The notes below the pieces were generated by a model. That model was not told the DNA's origin. It did not search any database and worked only from the letters and a program-made list of their open reading frames with translations. Made by a program: the position numbers and the translations under genes. Shown one piece after another: positions 1-12,879 of a DNA stretch of 64,000 bases (its first letter is position 1; each line of letters begins with the position of its first letter). The DNA lies in NCBI GenBank assembly GCA_000934665.2, contig KZ538400.1, positions 1 through 64,000 of the forward strand, read 5' to 3'. Origin of the DNA: Catajapyx aquilonaris (lineage: Eukaryota).

Positions 1-199
1 CAACAACTGCGCGTCCTCTATCAACAAAACAGTCCGCTCTCTTAGCGCCTCTCGCCTGACGCGTCTGAGCGCACCCGTTCCTTGTCTATGAACCCCCCCT
101 AGATGGCGTTTCCGGACACGGGTTCCTATGTCAAAAATACTTGTCTTGGTCCCCTCTATTACCCCTACAAGTTTGTCGATCGAATTCATTTACACCCTG
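1..199. mobile_element. Right arm of a mariner-type MITE (same family as 12940-13501)
   Basis: Closely similar to ~13303-13501; ends CACCCTG|TA. Confidence 0.85.
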
Positions 200-2439
200 T
201 ATACCAGCGGATTCAGGATGTTCTTCATCAGAAAGGGTATAAGAAGTGCAGTTCTCAGCAGCCAGGTAAGTCGCGTAAAATGAAAAAAAGATGCAATGAA
301 ATTCCGTCGGAATAATAATTGATCAATAAAATTAATTGGAAATCTTTAAAAAAAAATTAAAGTCCAAATGGTCCCCTTCAAACCCGATCTCCTAAATTCA
401 TGCAAGCTAAGTATTTGGGATTTGGGACCTTAAGGCCGCAGTATAAACAAGTAGACATGATTATTTAAAAAAAATTACGTCATTGTGCAATGATAGCAAT
501 TAATATTTTGTTACATCCCCCTCAAATATCTCAATTACTATACGTTATGATGCGAAAGTTTGTTTTCATGAATAGTATTGTGGCTTTTTCATTTTCTAAA
601 ACTTTTGGCCTCCTTCCGATGAGGTGAAAGCATAGTACTGTACAGGCTCTTCATGACGTACTGTACGTGTATTTTTTAAATTTTTTTTTTAAAGAACAGC
701 TCTGCCTTGAAAACTAAGTCGCATTATAAGAGCATAAGATTTTATTGGCTCACATTCTACCAAGCAATAAGAATACAATAAATAAGACATCGCACAAATT
801 GAAACCGGTCCTTCATTTTCCTCGTAATCAAAAGAGAGCAATCACAACATTGTTAAGTCGTCTTAATAATTACACTACTTTGATTAGCCCCCTATACTGT
901 GATAAGTGCCGAAGTCACACGCTACGCTCCTATAGTATTTATTGATATGGTGGCTCTTTATCACATAATTTATACAATCTTTATAGTACAACTCTTTTCA
1001 GGATTAATCTCAGCCCATATTGAAGAAGCAGTCTCCATTCCATTGCCACACTTCTTACAGCAGTGTAATGACTGTTATTATGTCAGTTTACACCATGTCT
1101 GAACCCAAGTTGTGACATCCGGTTTTCCAGTCGAAAGCAGAGACTCTCGTACACATCATTTGCATACTGTACGACTAGTGTTCAGCTGGTCGCAACCGGT
1201 TTTTCCATGCGACGTTTTCTAAGGTCAAACGTAAGGCGTAGGCCTGTAGGCGGAATTATAGGAAGTTATGACATTGGTGCGTCATGCTGATCTAGTTACC
1301 CTTTTTTTTCTCTCTTTCTAACTGATAAATCGCGATTATTTAGTCCAACGCACCCCCCCCCCCTCCCCAAGGGAAATACCGCGAGTAGGCCTATCGCAGC
1401 GATGCTCAAACTGACTGTTTTGTTTTTCTAGTAAAGTGCGCGACGCTTATTCCTACTACGAAGCACTGCACTTGAGTTATTCCGGGAACAAAACATTTCA
1501 GCTACAATAACTCTGCACATGTCCAGTCATACGGCCCCAAACATGCGCCCATTTATTTTCGAGCTGACCTACATAACCTGCCTATCATAAACATAGGCAT
1601 CTGATCACATAACCTTCATTGCCACTAATACGCAGCTAATACTATATGTCTGACTCATCTAACCATCTTTGAGATTACTCATAGCCCCCCCCCCCCCTTT
1701 TTTTTGCGCTTCCCAAAAAATCGGGTGACATCAGAACTGTCCATTGTCAACCCCCCGCCCCTCCCGGCCGTGTCATCAGTCACGTACGTTGTCAGTCAGG
1801 ATATCGAAGAGTTCAAGACCTTTTATTTGGAACGAAAACACGTCTAACAAGTGATGAGTCCCCTGAAATTGGCACGGCTTGCTTCGTATTCTATTTTTAA
1901 CGTGTGCCAGGGACAACCGCACTTTTTTGGGTTCCATTTTTTTTGTTTTTTTTTTGTAATGATGACGGATCATTATCCGGCACGGAATTCACGCGTGTTG
2001 TGTGGTGTTAAGGCCAGTGCATTAAGAGTGATAGGGCATGGGAGTCAAAGGGTGGTTACATGAGAAGAGGGTGACAGTTCCATGGATACTCATTAGCCTA
2101 CAGGTTTCTTGCACATACTTCATTTTGACCAGTGGATTCTGATTGGTCATCCAAATGGCAGGGTTGCCAATTCCAATTGTTGGCTTTGTTTTTTTCTTCT
2201 TCCAAGATGTTCATCATGCAGAAATGACATGTATGGTAAACGAATCATGCCTGTCACTTCGGGGATTGCCAGCAAACGGTAAAATACCGAGGGATTGTGG
2301 CTGCAAGGTCAAGCAGGATAACTTACGAAATGTAGTTGCATCATAAAATCCAAGGCCAAGTTAACTCGGATGACTGCCTACAACTTGTTTCCTACCCATT
2401 TTCCACCCCCCCCCCCTCCCATTTTCATGCGCGTCATTT

Positions 2440-2623
2440 NNNNNNNNNNNNNNNNNNNNNNNNNNNNNNNNNNNNNNNNNNNNNNNNNNNNNNNNNNNNN
2501 NNNNNNNNNNNNNNNNNNNNNNNNNNNNNNNNNNNNNNNNNNNNNNNNNNNNNNNNNNNNNNNNNNNNNNNNNNNNNNNNNNNNNNNNNNNNNNNNNNNN
2601 NNNNNNNNNNNNNNNNNNNNNNN
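2440..2623. other. Assembly gap (184 N)
   Basis: Run of N flanked by poly-C tracts. Confidence 1.
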
Positions 2624-5155
2624 CCCCCCCCCCCCGTCCCCTCCAATCTGGTACGTGCGTCCCTATCAATGTCATCCCTTCTGATTAATCACCCACTTCA
2701 CAGGTTACTCACCTGTATTGTTGAGGGCCCAAAGATGACATCTGAGCAAATCCCGGCTAAGTGCACGGATGTGAAACAGCCTGTTCAATATTTTTCATCA
2801 GGCTGGTCCTCTGTTAGCATTATTCTTTGTAAATTTGCTGTAAATTTGTAGGGGAACAGGATGGCTCTTCACAAGGTTTGGCAGTTAGCATACCAAATAA
2901 ACGAATTTCTCGCACAAATTTACCAATAAAGGCACTGAAACTTTGTTATCTTCTTCTGAATACAACAATACACACAAAGTATATAATAATACACCCTGTA
3001 CAGCAATGTACATATTTTTTTACATAACCAAAGAATCTCATATCATGTGTACACCTTCACGTGCTGAGATACAAAATTTAGAGATTAGAAACCAATCAAA
3101 GTGTATAATATTATACATTCTTATATTACTCTAAAAATAACTTAAGAACCCTTTCTTTTACTCAAAACTATCTCACCCACAATGTTTCATTCTGTATACA
3201 TATGGTTGATAAGTTCACCCAGGTTAAGTGACAAACCTGGTGGTGATGCACACAACAACACAAAAAAGGACACCTGGTAGAAATCACTGGTTATTGCAGC
3301 AAACCACCGTCTCTCTCTTGTGAAATCTCCGTTTGAAATATTGCTTCCCAATGAACACCAGGAAGCTGGCACAGGTAAATACTCTACCGCTTACAATGAC
3401 AGAAATGGCAATAAAAAAAGGTAACATACACAATGCACAGAAATTTGGAACATGAAGAGGAAGTTTTTGGATCCTCTTAACCCCATTGTGAATTGCTTTA
3501 AGATTATTACCAAAGTTGCTATTAAATGTTCATTTATTTTAGCCAATTCAACATGCTTGGCGTGAAGTGAATGGCATTGATTTTGGGCACCAGTGGATAA
3601 TAGAATATCTGGAGAATTTCATCTTGCTTCTGTGTTACAGGGAATAAAATCAGGTACCTTCACTTTCTTTTAACGCATATGTCAGCGGGGCTATTACTAT
3701 GATGTGGTTGCAAAAGTCACTTTGTGTCATATCTCTTTGCACTACAGTTACTATGAAAGTAAATAAATAAGATCATAAATAAGGTCAAAAGTCAACATAA
3801 CAATTCATTTAAAAAATATGGACAACCGGGCAAGAAAATAAATTTAGACAAGGCCCAAAAACAAAACAGTGAGCAAGTCTTGCATGAATCGAGCTACGAG
3901 CAAGCTGCAATACCAATAAATAATTATAGATAGATAAAAGAAACCACTTTTGGTCAACCGAGCAAAAAAATTCTTTGGACATGCACACTGTGTTGAAACT
4001 AAACCCTTAACAACAAGTGGAGTTGGACCCACAATTCTCAACCAAAGGCATAGTTCCCACAATAGTATATAAATCTTTTTGCTAATTTATTAAGTCAACA
4101 CCTAACTGGACAAGGACACTACCTTGCAAGAAATGCAGTACTTATGAGGGTCAAGAAGAGGGGCAGAATGTAATAAAGAAGGTTGCCAAGAACGTGAACC
4201 GATCAAAACAATAAAAAAACGGAAGGCAGCTGCCACTGCTGGCACTGATCATCTCTCCTTTTGCGATATGCAGTTGAATTGATCTTCTCAGAGACGGCCT
4301 GCAAATGCAATTTCCAAAGCTCAGATAACAGCAATAAATGGCACTCTGATGGTACAATACTATGCAGTTATGTAACTATGCTGCAGACCATGCACAGCAT
4401 CATGCAGGTGGGGACAAGTTGTTTTTTTCCACCTATTACTAGATCTACTGTTCTCTTGTAAAAACTGATGATTAACTTCTACGAATTTGTTTAAGGGCTC
4501 TCAACTAGGATGGCATTATTTTTGTAAATGGTCACTACTTTTGAATCCATAATCTAGGAAGATAGACATCCAATAGCAAACAATAGAATCAAAGTAGGGT
4601 CACAACGGGTCAATGGCAAGTAATATTCACCTGTATGAAGAGAATGATGCACTGCTTTACCAAGCCTGCTCTTCTCCTGCATAAGTTGCACCCACCTGAG
4701 TAGTAGGAAAAAAGCATACACATAAATACAAATAGCCTCCCAATCAATACCAAAAACAACTTGCTGTCCAAACAACCTGCAACAAAAAGTCAGTTTCAAA
4801 CCCTCACGAATCAATAAGCATGCATAAAAGATGCACTTGTTCAACCTCAACACAACTTCTTTGTATATTACTATGCCCTCCCTGAAATGGTGTTTCAATC
4901 TCTTGTTAATCAGCAGGTCAAGTTAAGAAGGTCAGTTTAGCAACCTCGCCACTATTATGGTTCCTCAGAAGAATTCTGAACAAGGCCATGTACTGATTGC
5001 AACATGCAACTATACTATAAAACAGTGTCTTCTTACCTTTCGTTTTTTCTGTTGTCTCCTTCCTTTAATTGCCAGATGATATATCACAGTGAACTGCATA
5101 TTTCCAAAGTCCTTTTTACATTAACACAAACTCACTAAACATCCACAGGGAAAGT

Positions 5156-7729
5156 TTAATTTTCACTCGGCACGCCCTGTATTGCCATCACATACGTCCG
5201 TTTGAGGAAGCGAACTCCACACTGCACATAGTCGACTAATTCTCGTATTGTGCCATGAAGGCTGAGGGGCCCACATGTGCGATCTAACTGGATGAAGAAC
5301 TCGCGGCAGTTGCCCTTATAAACAAGGGCATCGGCTTCATCCCATAGATCGTGACAATTCGAAAGGTACCCAAAATGCTGCGACAATTTCTGCAATGACT
5401 GATGCACTGGAAGTGGCACAGACACAGCTGGCTGGGACCCAGTACGTGGAGGGGTGTGACCAACAGCAGGTTTGGTGGTCAATTCTCCGGAGCTGTATCC
5501 AGATGACTGGCTCGACACTGAAGCAACCGAACCATATAGTGATGGGGACACTGGAGATGGGGTGCTGGTCGTGCGTGAAGACCAAGGTGTAAGCTCACCA
5601 GGTGTCTGCGCTTTTTGAAAGTAATCGCTAGCCGATTTGAGGTACTCTTGGCACTCCCCCCGACACATCTTGTACAGCTTCAGGTACAACAACGACTGAC
5701 ATCGCAATCCAAGAACAGCAAGCTTGGTGTCAATGTTGCCTCCACGCGGCACTGGCTCCTGGTGGTGGTGGTGATTCCGAAATTTTGAGCTTATGTATTT
5801 GATCAGCTCCAGAGTATCCTTGTACATTGTGAAGGCAGCCCGTTCAGTGCCACGATCCTGTTCCATCGCCTTGCCAGTCAAAATGAAGTACAGGACCGCT
5901 TCAAGGTACATCATAGCTTGGGCTGTGTGATCTGTCTCCTTGTCTGCACCATGCTTCAAATTTTTCGCTTCATTTAAATAGTGGTCCTTGTTTTCTTCAG
6001 TTAGCTCCGGACGGCGTTCAAAATAGCTGTAATAAACCTTACGAGCTTCAGGAGCCGGGCATTCAACAGGAGGTGGCTTCTGAGGTTCAGGAGCTTCAAT
6101 GGCTGTGCTTGTGCTGTCAGGCAACACTGGAGTGGCCTCACCTTCCTTTCGGCGCTTTCTGTGCTTGTCAGGATCTGGAGTCTCTTCAAAGTGGCTTGAG
6201 GCACTAGATACAGTTGAAAGGGAACTGGCACTCCGGCGTCGCTTTTTCACATCGTTTTTGGGTTTTGGAAGCTTACGTGGTTCCGGGATGTGCTTGACCC
6301 GAGACAGCTCAATCCGGCATATTAGAGACGGGACGCCTCCATTCCACACCAGAGGAGGAAGCTTTTGACTAGAAGTGTTTGGAGGAGGGGTGGGTGACGA
6401 CCAAAAATTCCTGTCACGCTTATCTAACCGGTTCTCTGGGGCAGTTGGTGGTGGATCAGGGGCTTCTGGCTTTGGTGGGTCAGGGTCCTTGCGCTTCAGT
6501 TTGTTCGAGAAGAGACGTCTGATGGTGTCTGACTTTTTGCGGTCATGACTTACTTTTGCTTCCATATCCAGCTTTGGGGGAGACTCCTCTTTCACCCGGA
6601 CTTCTGGTGGATCAGCCTTTTTACGAGTTTCACTATCAGAATCGGACCTTGTTCGCCATGCATGTTTCTCAGCAGGGGGTTCAGGCTTGGGCTTGGGCGG
6701 CCGCCCACGTTTGGATCCCGAACTTCCAGATCGCCGACGCCTTGCGTGGGGGGCCACTGTTGGTCGTGCTGGAAATTCAGTTTCAGAGTCACTGTCTGCC
6801 TTTTTGACAGCACGTTTCTTCCGCTTCACCGGTGATTCGTCCTTGGCAGATTTGTCTGAATCCGAGAAGCTGGACAGTGCTGGTTCTAGCTTGGTTACTG
6901 ACCCAACAGACACATCAGCCCCTGAATCTTCATCAGGTGCAGGGGCGGGTGGTGGGGGTGCCTCCTCTTGCCTCGGGGTCGCAAACACACTCGGTTTAGT
7001 CTGAGCAACTCCTGGGGTGCTCGAGCCTGGAGTCGACGTGTCCTTTCGAAGGAAAGAACTTAAGTCCCAACGAGGTTTGGACTCCTCAGTCGGGGGCTCT
7101 GGATTTTCTTCGCTTTCAGATGCATCGGAGCTGCTTCCAGAGTAGTTGCTCTCATCACTAGAGCTGCTCTCAGTGGAGTCCATTTTAGGGATTGGGGAAG
7201 GCGGGTGCAAAACTGACGGGGTTGGAGACACATCTGGTGGGGGTGCCGGAGCTACCGGTGGAGTCACGAAAGTAAACTTGCTACCTTCAGGATCCTTGAT
7301 TGGAGTCACAATGTTGGCAAGCAAACTACCTTTCATCTCCTGTAAGATGTCCTCCAGTTCTGGCGCATCTATCGGTGGCAGCTGTGGCTTCGGAGGCGGA
7401 GGTGCTGCTGGCGGCTTAGGCGGGCGCTGCCGCCGGAACAACCCTCCATTTGGCACCTGGGGCCGGTAGCCCGACCGCTGCATCTGCCTGGGCGCAGCAA
7501 ACTCGTCGTGGCTAACTCTGGCTGGAAGCGGGGTGGGCGGCTGCTGATCAACCCCAATCAGCCGCTTACTCTTAGTGTCGTCCAACATGAACGGTTTCAC
7601 CTGCTCATAGTTCCCAAGTGTGTGCCTTATCTGCATGGTGAACTTGTCCTCAGCTGAGGGCTTGACAATTTGAGGTGCTGAGAACAGTGGGGGGCCACCG
7701 TACACGCCGTCCTCGTCCTCCCCCGACAT
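5156..7729 (-). CDS. lilli: AF4/FMR2 family super elongation complex scaffold (lilliputian/AFF-like), single long ORF, ~857 aa
   Basis: 877-aa ORF whose first ATG is at 7729 (ACC-ATG context). Motifs in AFF order: N-terminal [35 protein letters not shown]; Ser-rich tract followed by WDLSSFL; AT-hook KRGRPPK; AF9/ENL-binding-like [12 protein letters not shown]-terminal homology domain [54 protein letters not shown]. The last few codons could be spliced differently (GTATGT donor at 5195). Confidence 0.93.
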   Translation of the reverse strand: MSGEDEDGVYGGPPLFSAPQIVKPSAEDKFTMQIRHTLGNYEQVKPFMLDDTKSKRLIGVDQQPPTPLPARVSHDEFAAPRQMQRSGYRPQVPNGGLFRRQRPPKPPAAPPPPKPQLPPIDAPELEDILQEMKGSLLANIVTPIKDPEGSKFTFVTPPVAPAPPPDVSPTPSVLHPPSPIPKMDSTESSSSDESNYSGSSSDASESEENPEPPTEESKPRWDLSSFLRKDTSTPGSSTPGVAQTKPSVFATPRQEEAPPPPAPAPDEDSGADVSVGSVTKLEPALSSFSDSDKSAKDESPVKRKKRAVKKADSDSETEFPARPTVAPHARRRRSGSSGSKRGRPPKPKPEPPAEKHAWRTRSDSDSETRKKADPPEVRVKEESPPKLDMEAKVSHDRKKSDTIRRLFSNKLKRKDPDPPKPEAPDPPPTAPENRLDKRDRNFWSSPTPPPNTSSQKLPPLVWNGGVPSLICRIELSRVKHIPEPRKLPKPKNDVKKRRRSASSLSTVSSASSHFEETPDPDKHRKRRKEGEATPVLPDSTSTAIEAPEPQKPPPVECPAPEARKVYYSYFERRPELTEENKDHYLNEAKNLKHGADKETDHTAQAMMYLEAVLYFILTGKAMEQDRGTERAAFTMYKDTLELIKYISSKFRNHHHHQEPVPRGGNIDTKLAVLGLRCQSLLYLKLYKMCRGECQEYLKSASDYFQKAQTPGELTPWSSRTTSTPSPVSPSLYGSVASVSSQSSGYSSGELTTKPAVGHTPPRTGSQPAVSVPLPVHQSLQKLSQHFGYLSNCHDLWDEADALVYKGNCREFFIQLDRTCGPLSLHGTIRELVDYVQCGVRFLKRTYVMAIQGVPSEN

Positions 7730-8214
7730 GGTAACGCAGCAGGCGGCCGGGGAGAGCAAGGGGGCGGTCAAAGGAGTAGGAAAACACACTTTGGGGCGGG
7801 GATGGTTGATCTGCTAGTAACTAGTGGTAATGCTCACGAATACGTCCTCGGCCATCTTTTGAAGAAAATTCAGCCGCAATACATGTCCCACCAACTGGGA
7901 AATGCCTATTCCCAACTGTACAAGGGTTCTGGTACACCGAACGAACGTCCCCTATTGAAGGCAGAGGAGAGGGACGTCCCAACCGAGTGTCTCTTGTTTC
8001 TTGCCTTTGGCCCCCTCACTCCCTCCAGCAACCCTCACTCCCTCCAGTCTTCTCTACCACCACCTCCTCCTCCTCTCTACATCTCCTTATTCCGTTGCCA
8101 ACAGAAACTCATCACTCCGCTCCACTCCCTCCAACCCCTTCTCACCATAACCACGAGATAAAGTTCAGTCACCTCCATCCTCGAAATCCTATTGGTGGTG
8201 ACTCAGGTGGCTGA

Positions 8215-8290
8215 GCTCATGGCCGCCATGTTTGACAGTCAGCAGCATACGCTACCAAGCTTCTCATACCTGCATCACGTGACCTACTGC
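8215..8290 (-). promoter_or_regulatory. Candidate core promoter region of the lilli-like gene (YY1/Pho motif, E-box)
   Basis: Minus-strand AAACATGGCGGCC at ~8221-8233 and GTCACGTGA at ~8275-8283, ~500 nt upstream of the ATG at the edge of a GC-richer segment. Confidence 0.4.
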
Positions 8291-11009
8291 ATGCACAAAC
8301 CTGATTGTTATGGATTACGTAATGACACTCTTGGTAATGATGAATAAAAAATATTACAAATCACACTAATTATACTAAAAAGCCAAAAACCTGCGTTAAA
8401 ATGGTTCCGGCTGTCATCAAGAATAAATATAGTGTCATCATATAACCTATTTATTTTCTCGAATGCATTTTTCTTCCGTCCTTTTCATTGCAAATGGTGT
8501 TTCTTCTCCGAAAAGTTTACTACTGTATATACTTTAACATCAGTTTAATTCGCTCGTACCGGCAGAAAAATAAACGCTGGTCATTTTGAGTCATAAAATT
8601 AGTCAATTGTGCTTAGAAATGCAAGACGCTGGTATATTTTCCCCTCAAATCTTTCGCCCTACATTGGTCCTACATTCTGATGACAGATGGAATGGACCAT
8701 AGGACGAAAAATCCTCCGGAAAAATCGCACATTTCGCGTCGTTTCGTGTTTTTAATTATGGTAAACCGGTTTTATGCGCTTTAAATAAGTGGGTTTTTCC
8801 ACCATGATATACACAATCTATTTCAGAAAAAATTGCCATCTGCGACGAATGGCTAGAAAACGAATTTATAAGAACAAGGCCATTATTTGGTAGAAATAAA
8901 GGTTAAAACCAGGTGACAAAATCTTACGTCACTCTCTGCGTACGTACATGTAAATGCGTCATGGTTTCATCACTTTCCAACCACTTTTCCTACTCATCAG
9001 TTATTATTGTCCTATCACTAGCTGATACCCCGCAGGCATATTATGACTAGATGGCGAGACATTAAGGGGGACAAGATGGCGCCTACAGATAATTAAGCTG
9101 AAATGGCCGTACTCTTCCACCTTGCGTACTATCAGCTTCCCTTTTCCTCTACCGAACACAAAGCTCGACTTACTAACGCCAATATGTCATAAATTTCGAT
9201 AGGAGCTTACCATACGTTTTTATGTTCAAACAATTTTGGAACTTCATAGTCTGGCTTTCGTTTTACGGAGATGGAGATTATAGATCCGTGACTGGCGAGC
9301 AAAATCGAACTATACCGTAGAAAGTTGCCGCTAGAGGCGCTGCCATTCGGGCCGACTTATGGTATTTCGGCCTAAATTCCATTACCTTCTCGATCTCAAA
9401 TCCTGAAACATGACCGCAGTGGATTCTCAAAGGGTGCCAAAATAATAAAGATGCCAACTACATAATATGTCAAGTTTCAACACCCTTTTTAATTCTTTCA
9501 ATACAATATTTCCAACACATGTACAAAACAAAATACATGCACTTTTCTTGTCAACGGGACAACAAAGTGAGGGAAAAAAATGTTTTCAATGCACCTGGCA
9601 GTTGAAGGAATAAGACAATGTGAACATCATATACTCTCTTCCGCAATCCAAAAAAGTCACTGTTGACGCAAGTGCTCAATAAATGAGATCAGTGCAGTTG
9701 ACAAGAGTACCATATGGTGCTGTTGTCCAACTCGTGAAGTTTCACCATGACTACAAATCAACCACTTGTGACAACCATTTTTCATAACAAAAAACAATAA
9801 AATATAATGCCAGGGCACATAATTACGATACAAATGTATTCTCTGAAAAATACTACAACCTGCCAATCAAAACAGGATTACTTTGTCTGTCAATTCATGA
9901 CGAGGGGGTGGGAGACCAAGGAAGGGAGAGGATGCAATGCAACATACATATTCCACCATTGGAGTTACTGGGTGAAGGGTGGGAGGGGAGAGACATGAGA
10001 GGCGGCAACGCCCGAGATATATTTTACCCCTGAGTAACTGGTTGGGGTTCTGCAAAGAAACACAGGAAATAAATTTGCAACTGCACATAAAACATCATTT
10101 TCGTTTCAAATTTTGAAGGACTGTACTGCAAAGTACACACCACTACAATTCAACTCGCAACTTGAGTCAGCAGCATGCCCTCCAGTGATGCAGCAACTCA
10201 ATCCAGTCTATGGCCTTTTTATAGCAACTCTTTAATGTGTGCATCAGGGGTATTTCACCTAGGCTGGAATTTACGTGATCTGGACCCAAGTATGCACAGG
10301 GTGTTGCTAGCAGAACACTTGACTGGACCAGAGTTGGCACACCCATCTGGCTGAGCCTGTGACGAGTTGTATCTCAGCAGTGTAATGTCTAATTTTTAGG
10401 AGCTATTGTGTACATTTGGGTAAATTGCAGTCATGATGCACACACATCAGACCCATGGTTATACCTTCCATAGTACAGAACCCTCAATTTACAACAACTG
10501 TAATAGTAAACAGCCTTCAACATCAGTTCAGCTACTTTCATATGTGGGGGTTTCTCTCCCCTCTACCAACTTAACCAACACTGGAGGGACACCCCACCAT
10601 GTCACTTCCCAATGCATGGTGTTGGCTGTCTGTTGTTAATCTGTACATGTGGCATTAGCTTTAACCATGTGAACTTGTCAGCACGAAATTTTTGTCAAAA
10701 ATCTACACAATGTGCATTATTGCCTTTCACATATAAAAATCCAATCTACTGTACTACTGTATAGCCCATTCCTGCTACCATTTAACTTCAATCATCCAGG
10801 CAGAAAGAGGCCCTTGCATTATCCTATCCATTAAAAAAAACTCATCTCCAGACACAATTGCAACTTGTCCAAACAAATCCGTGTGATAAGGGAGGCGCTA
10901 GAATTGAACCCAAACAGATTCTCATGACACTGACACAGAAAGTAAATCACAAGAAAATTCACTACTACTCATTAATCTTCGGCACGAGGGAGGGTTTGAA
11001 ACATCTTAA

Positions 11010-11403
11010 GGGTGGGATAAAGGTCCCGGCGCTTATGGAAGTTGACATGTTAAATGTCGGGCCTAATAACTCCGTAATTACTGAACAGAATGACATGAAA
11101 TTTTTGACACAACACAACACAACAACCCTTGTCACGGCTATGTTGAGCGATTTTGCTCATTTGGTCCTTATTCTTCACAGGACATTATTTCCTCACATCA
11201 GTGCCTTCAAATTCCTTTCAGTTTCGTGGTTTTCATAATTAACCGAATCCCTAAAACAGGTTTCGCTCAACATAGGCGTGACAAGGGTTGTTGTGTCGTG
11301 TTGTGACAAAAATTTCATGTCATTCTGTTCAGTAATTACGGAGTTATTAGGCCCGACATTTAACATGTCAACCTCCATAAGCGCCAGGACCTTTATCCCA
11401 CCC
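11010..11403. mobile_element. Palindromic MITE with TTAA TSD and GG..CC ends (Kolobok-like)
   Basis: TTAA|GGGTGGGATAAAGGTCC...GGACCTTTATCCCACCC|TTAA; ~140-nt TIRs. Confidence 0.85.
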
Positions 11404-12132
11404 TTAAGTTGCATGGAAAGTGGTGGTAATTTGGAAATTTGAGAGGGATGAAGAGCCAGAGTGGAGGTGGGTCAAGGCGGGGTGAACGTCACGTCACGTT
11501 GTTCTCTCACTTTTAAGGACTTTACTCCGAATTGAAAAGGAAGAGACCAACATACATATTCATCTTGCATAGCCAATCCTATATATATGATTTCATAAGA
11601 TAGTGGGAATAAAAGTGAGAGATTGAGACACATATTTTAAAGCAGCAGTCAAAAACTAGAATGAATTTTGATCAGGATATTACTGACGTCACAGTCATCT
11701 CTTTAATTGATAATTACAAAGTTAATATTGTCGACAGTCTGACAGAATATTGTAGCCTTGACATTTCAGTAATATTCTAAGGCTGAATACAAATTAGTAA
11801 ATATAAAATTCAACGGTCAACTTCCATAAGAACAGGATGATAATGTCTTAGCTACAGATTCCTCTTAAATATTCCATGACTGCATTGCATTTTTTTGCTT
11901 TAAATTAAAAAACCTAATTATTCATGTGAGTGCCATGAAAATCTGTGGAGTTCGATCTGACTTTCTCATTCATTGCGTGTTGCTAAGCATTTTAGAGGTG
12001 GCGCCATGAGTTTGAAACGGTCCTTGGGCTGCCACCTATTGTCCCTTACATTTAACTCAAAGATTGCTTCCAGTTGTTTCTGATGAAATATTTCAGCTCT
12101 TGTATCCCTTCCCTGTGATCACTTTCTGCACA

Positions 12133-12240
12133 TCACCATTCTGCATCACCATTAGCCTTCTGGAACACATAGTCCTTCCCATTCAAGTTCATGATTCCAT
12201 CCTTCAGGTGGAACTTCCATTTGTTTCGACTCCTTGTAAT
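12133..12240 (-). CDS. TfIIA-L: TFIIA large subunit terminal exon
   Basis: tttcag|ITRSRNKWKFHLKDGIMNLNGKDYVFQKANGDAEW* is the hallmark TFIIA C-terminus; too short to appear in the ORF track. Confidence 0.97.
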   Translation of the reverse strand: MTRSRNKWKFHLKDGIMNLNGKDYVFQKANGDAEW

Positions 12241-12879
12241 CTGAAATGAAGAAATGCATAGTTTGGTATTAAGGTGAATATAAAGGTAAATTGATAGCCT
12301 AATATTTTTATGTAATTAGCAGGATTTGTAAAATGAAAGCTTCTCTTTCTAAAGACATGAAAATGTGACCCTCACTGGACAAACTAGCACAGCAGGAGGT
12401 CCACAAGTTGTCATAGTCCCTGGTTCTCAATTATGGACAGCAAGACCAAGCAGTCACATCTATTAAGTGTGTTTCACAAATTCGGCAAAAGTGAGCGGGC
12501 GGATGGGTGGTAGCAGGGCATGATCGGAATACCAGCAATTGAGACACTAGCGCTAGAATCGCCCTCATGCCCTGGAGGGCGGAATGCAGGTGGGAGGATT
12601 ACATACTTCCTAACTACTTACTAACTAACTACATACTATAAGTAATCCCTGGGAGATCCCACAAATTCAGCGGACTGCCTGCAGGATTTTAGAAAGATGG
12701 CAGACCCTAAACATCCGTACAGTCCGACCCAATGGGCTTGAGCGATTCCCGCAGCACCACTGCCGAATTTGTGAATTCTCAATTGCCACCACTCACATTC
12801 CGCGCCCCAAACACACACTTTCCGCCAGCCCAGCCACCCACCAAATTTGTGAACCAGGCTTTAGGAGTAGTGGTGAAAT

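Noticed and set aside
2336..2851. ORFs spanning the N run
   Set aside because: Artefacts of the assembly gap.
7730..7789. 20-codon N-terminal extension of the lilli ORF in the track
   Set aside because: It starts at GTG; the first ATG in good context is 7729, and the extension has no AFF similarity.
8677..8710. CTGATGA...GAAA hammerhead-like core
   Set aside because: No convincing stem II closing pair, nor stems I/III, by eye.
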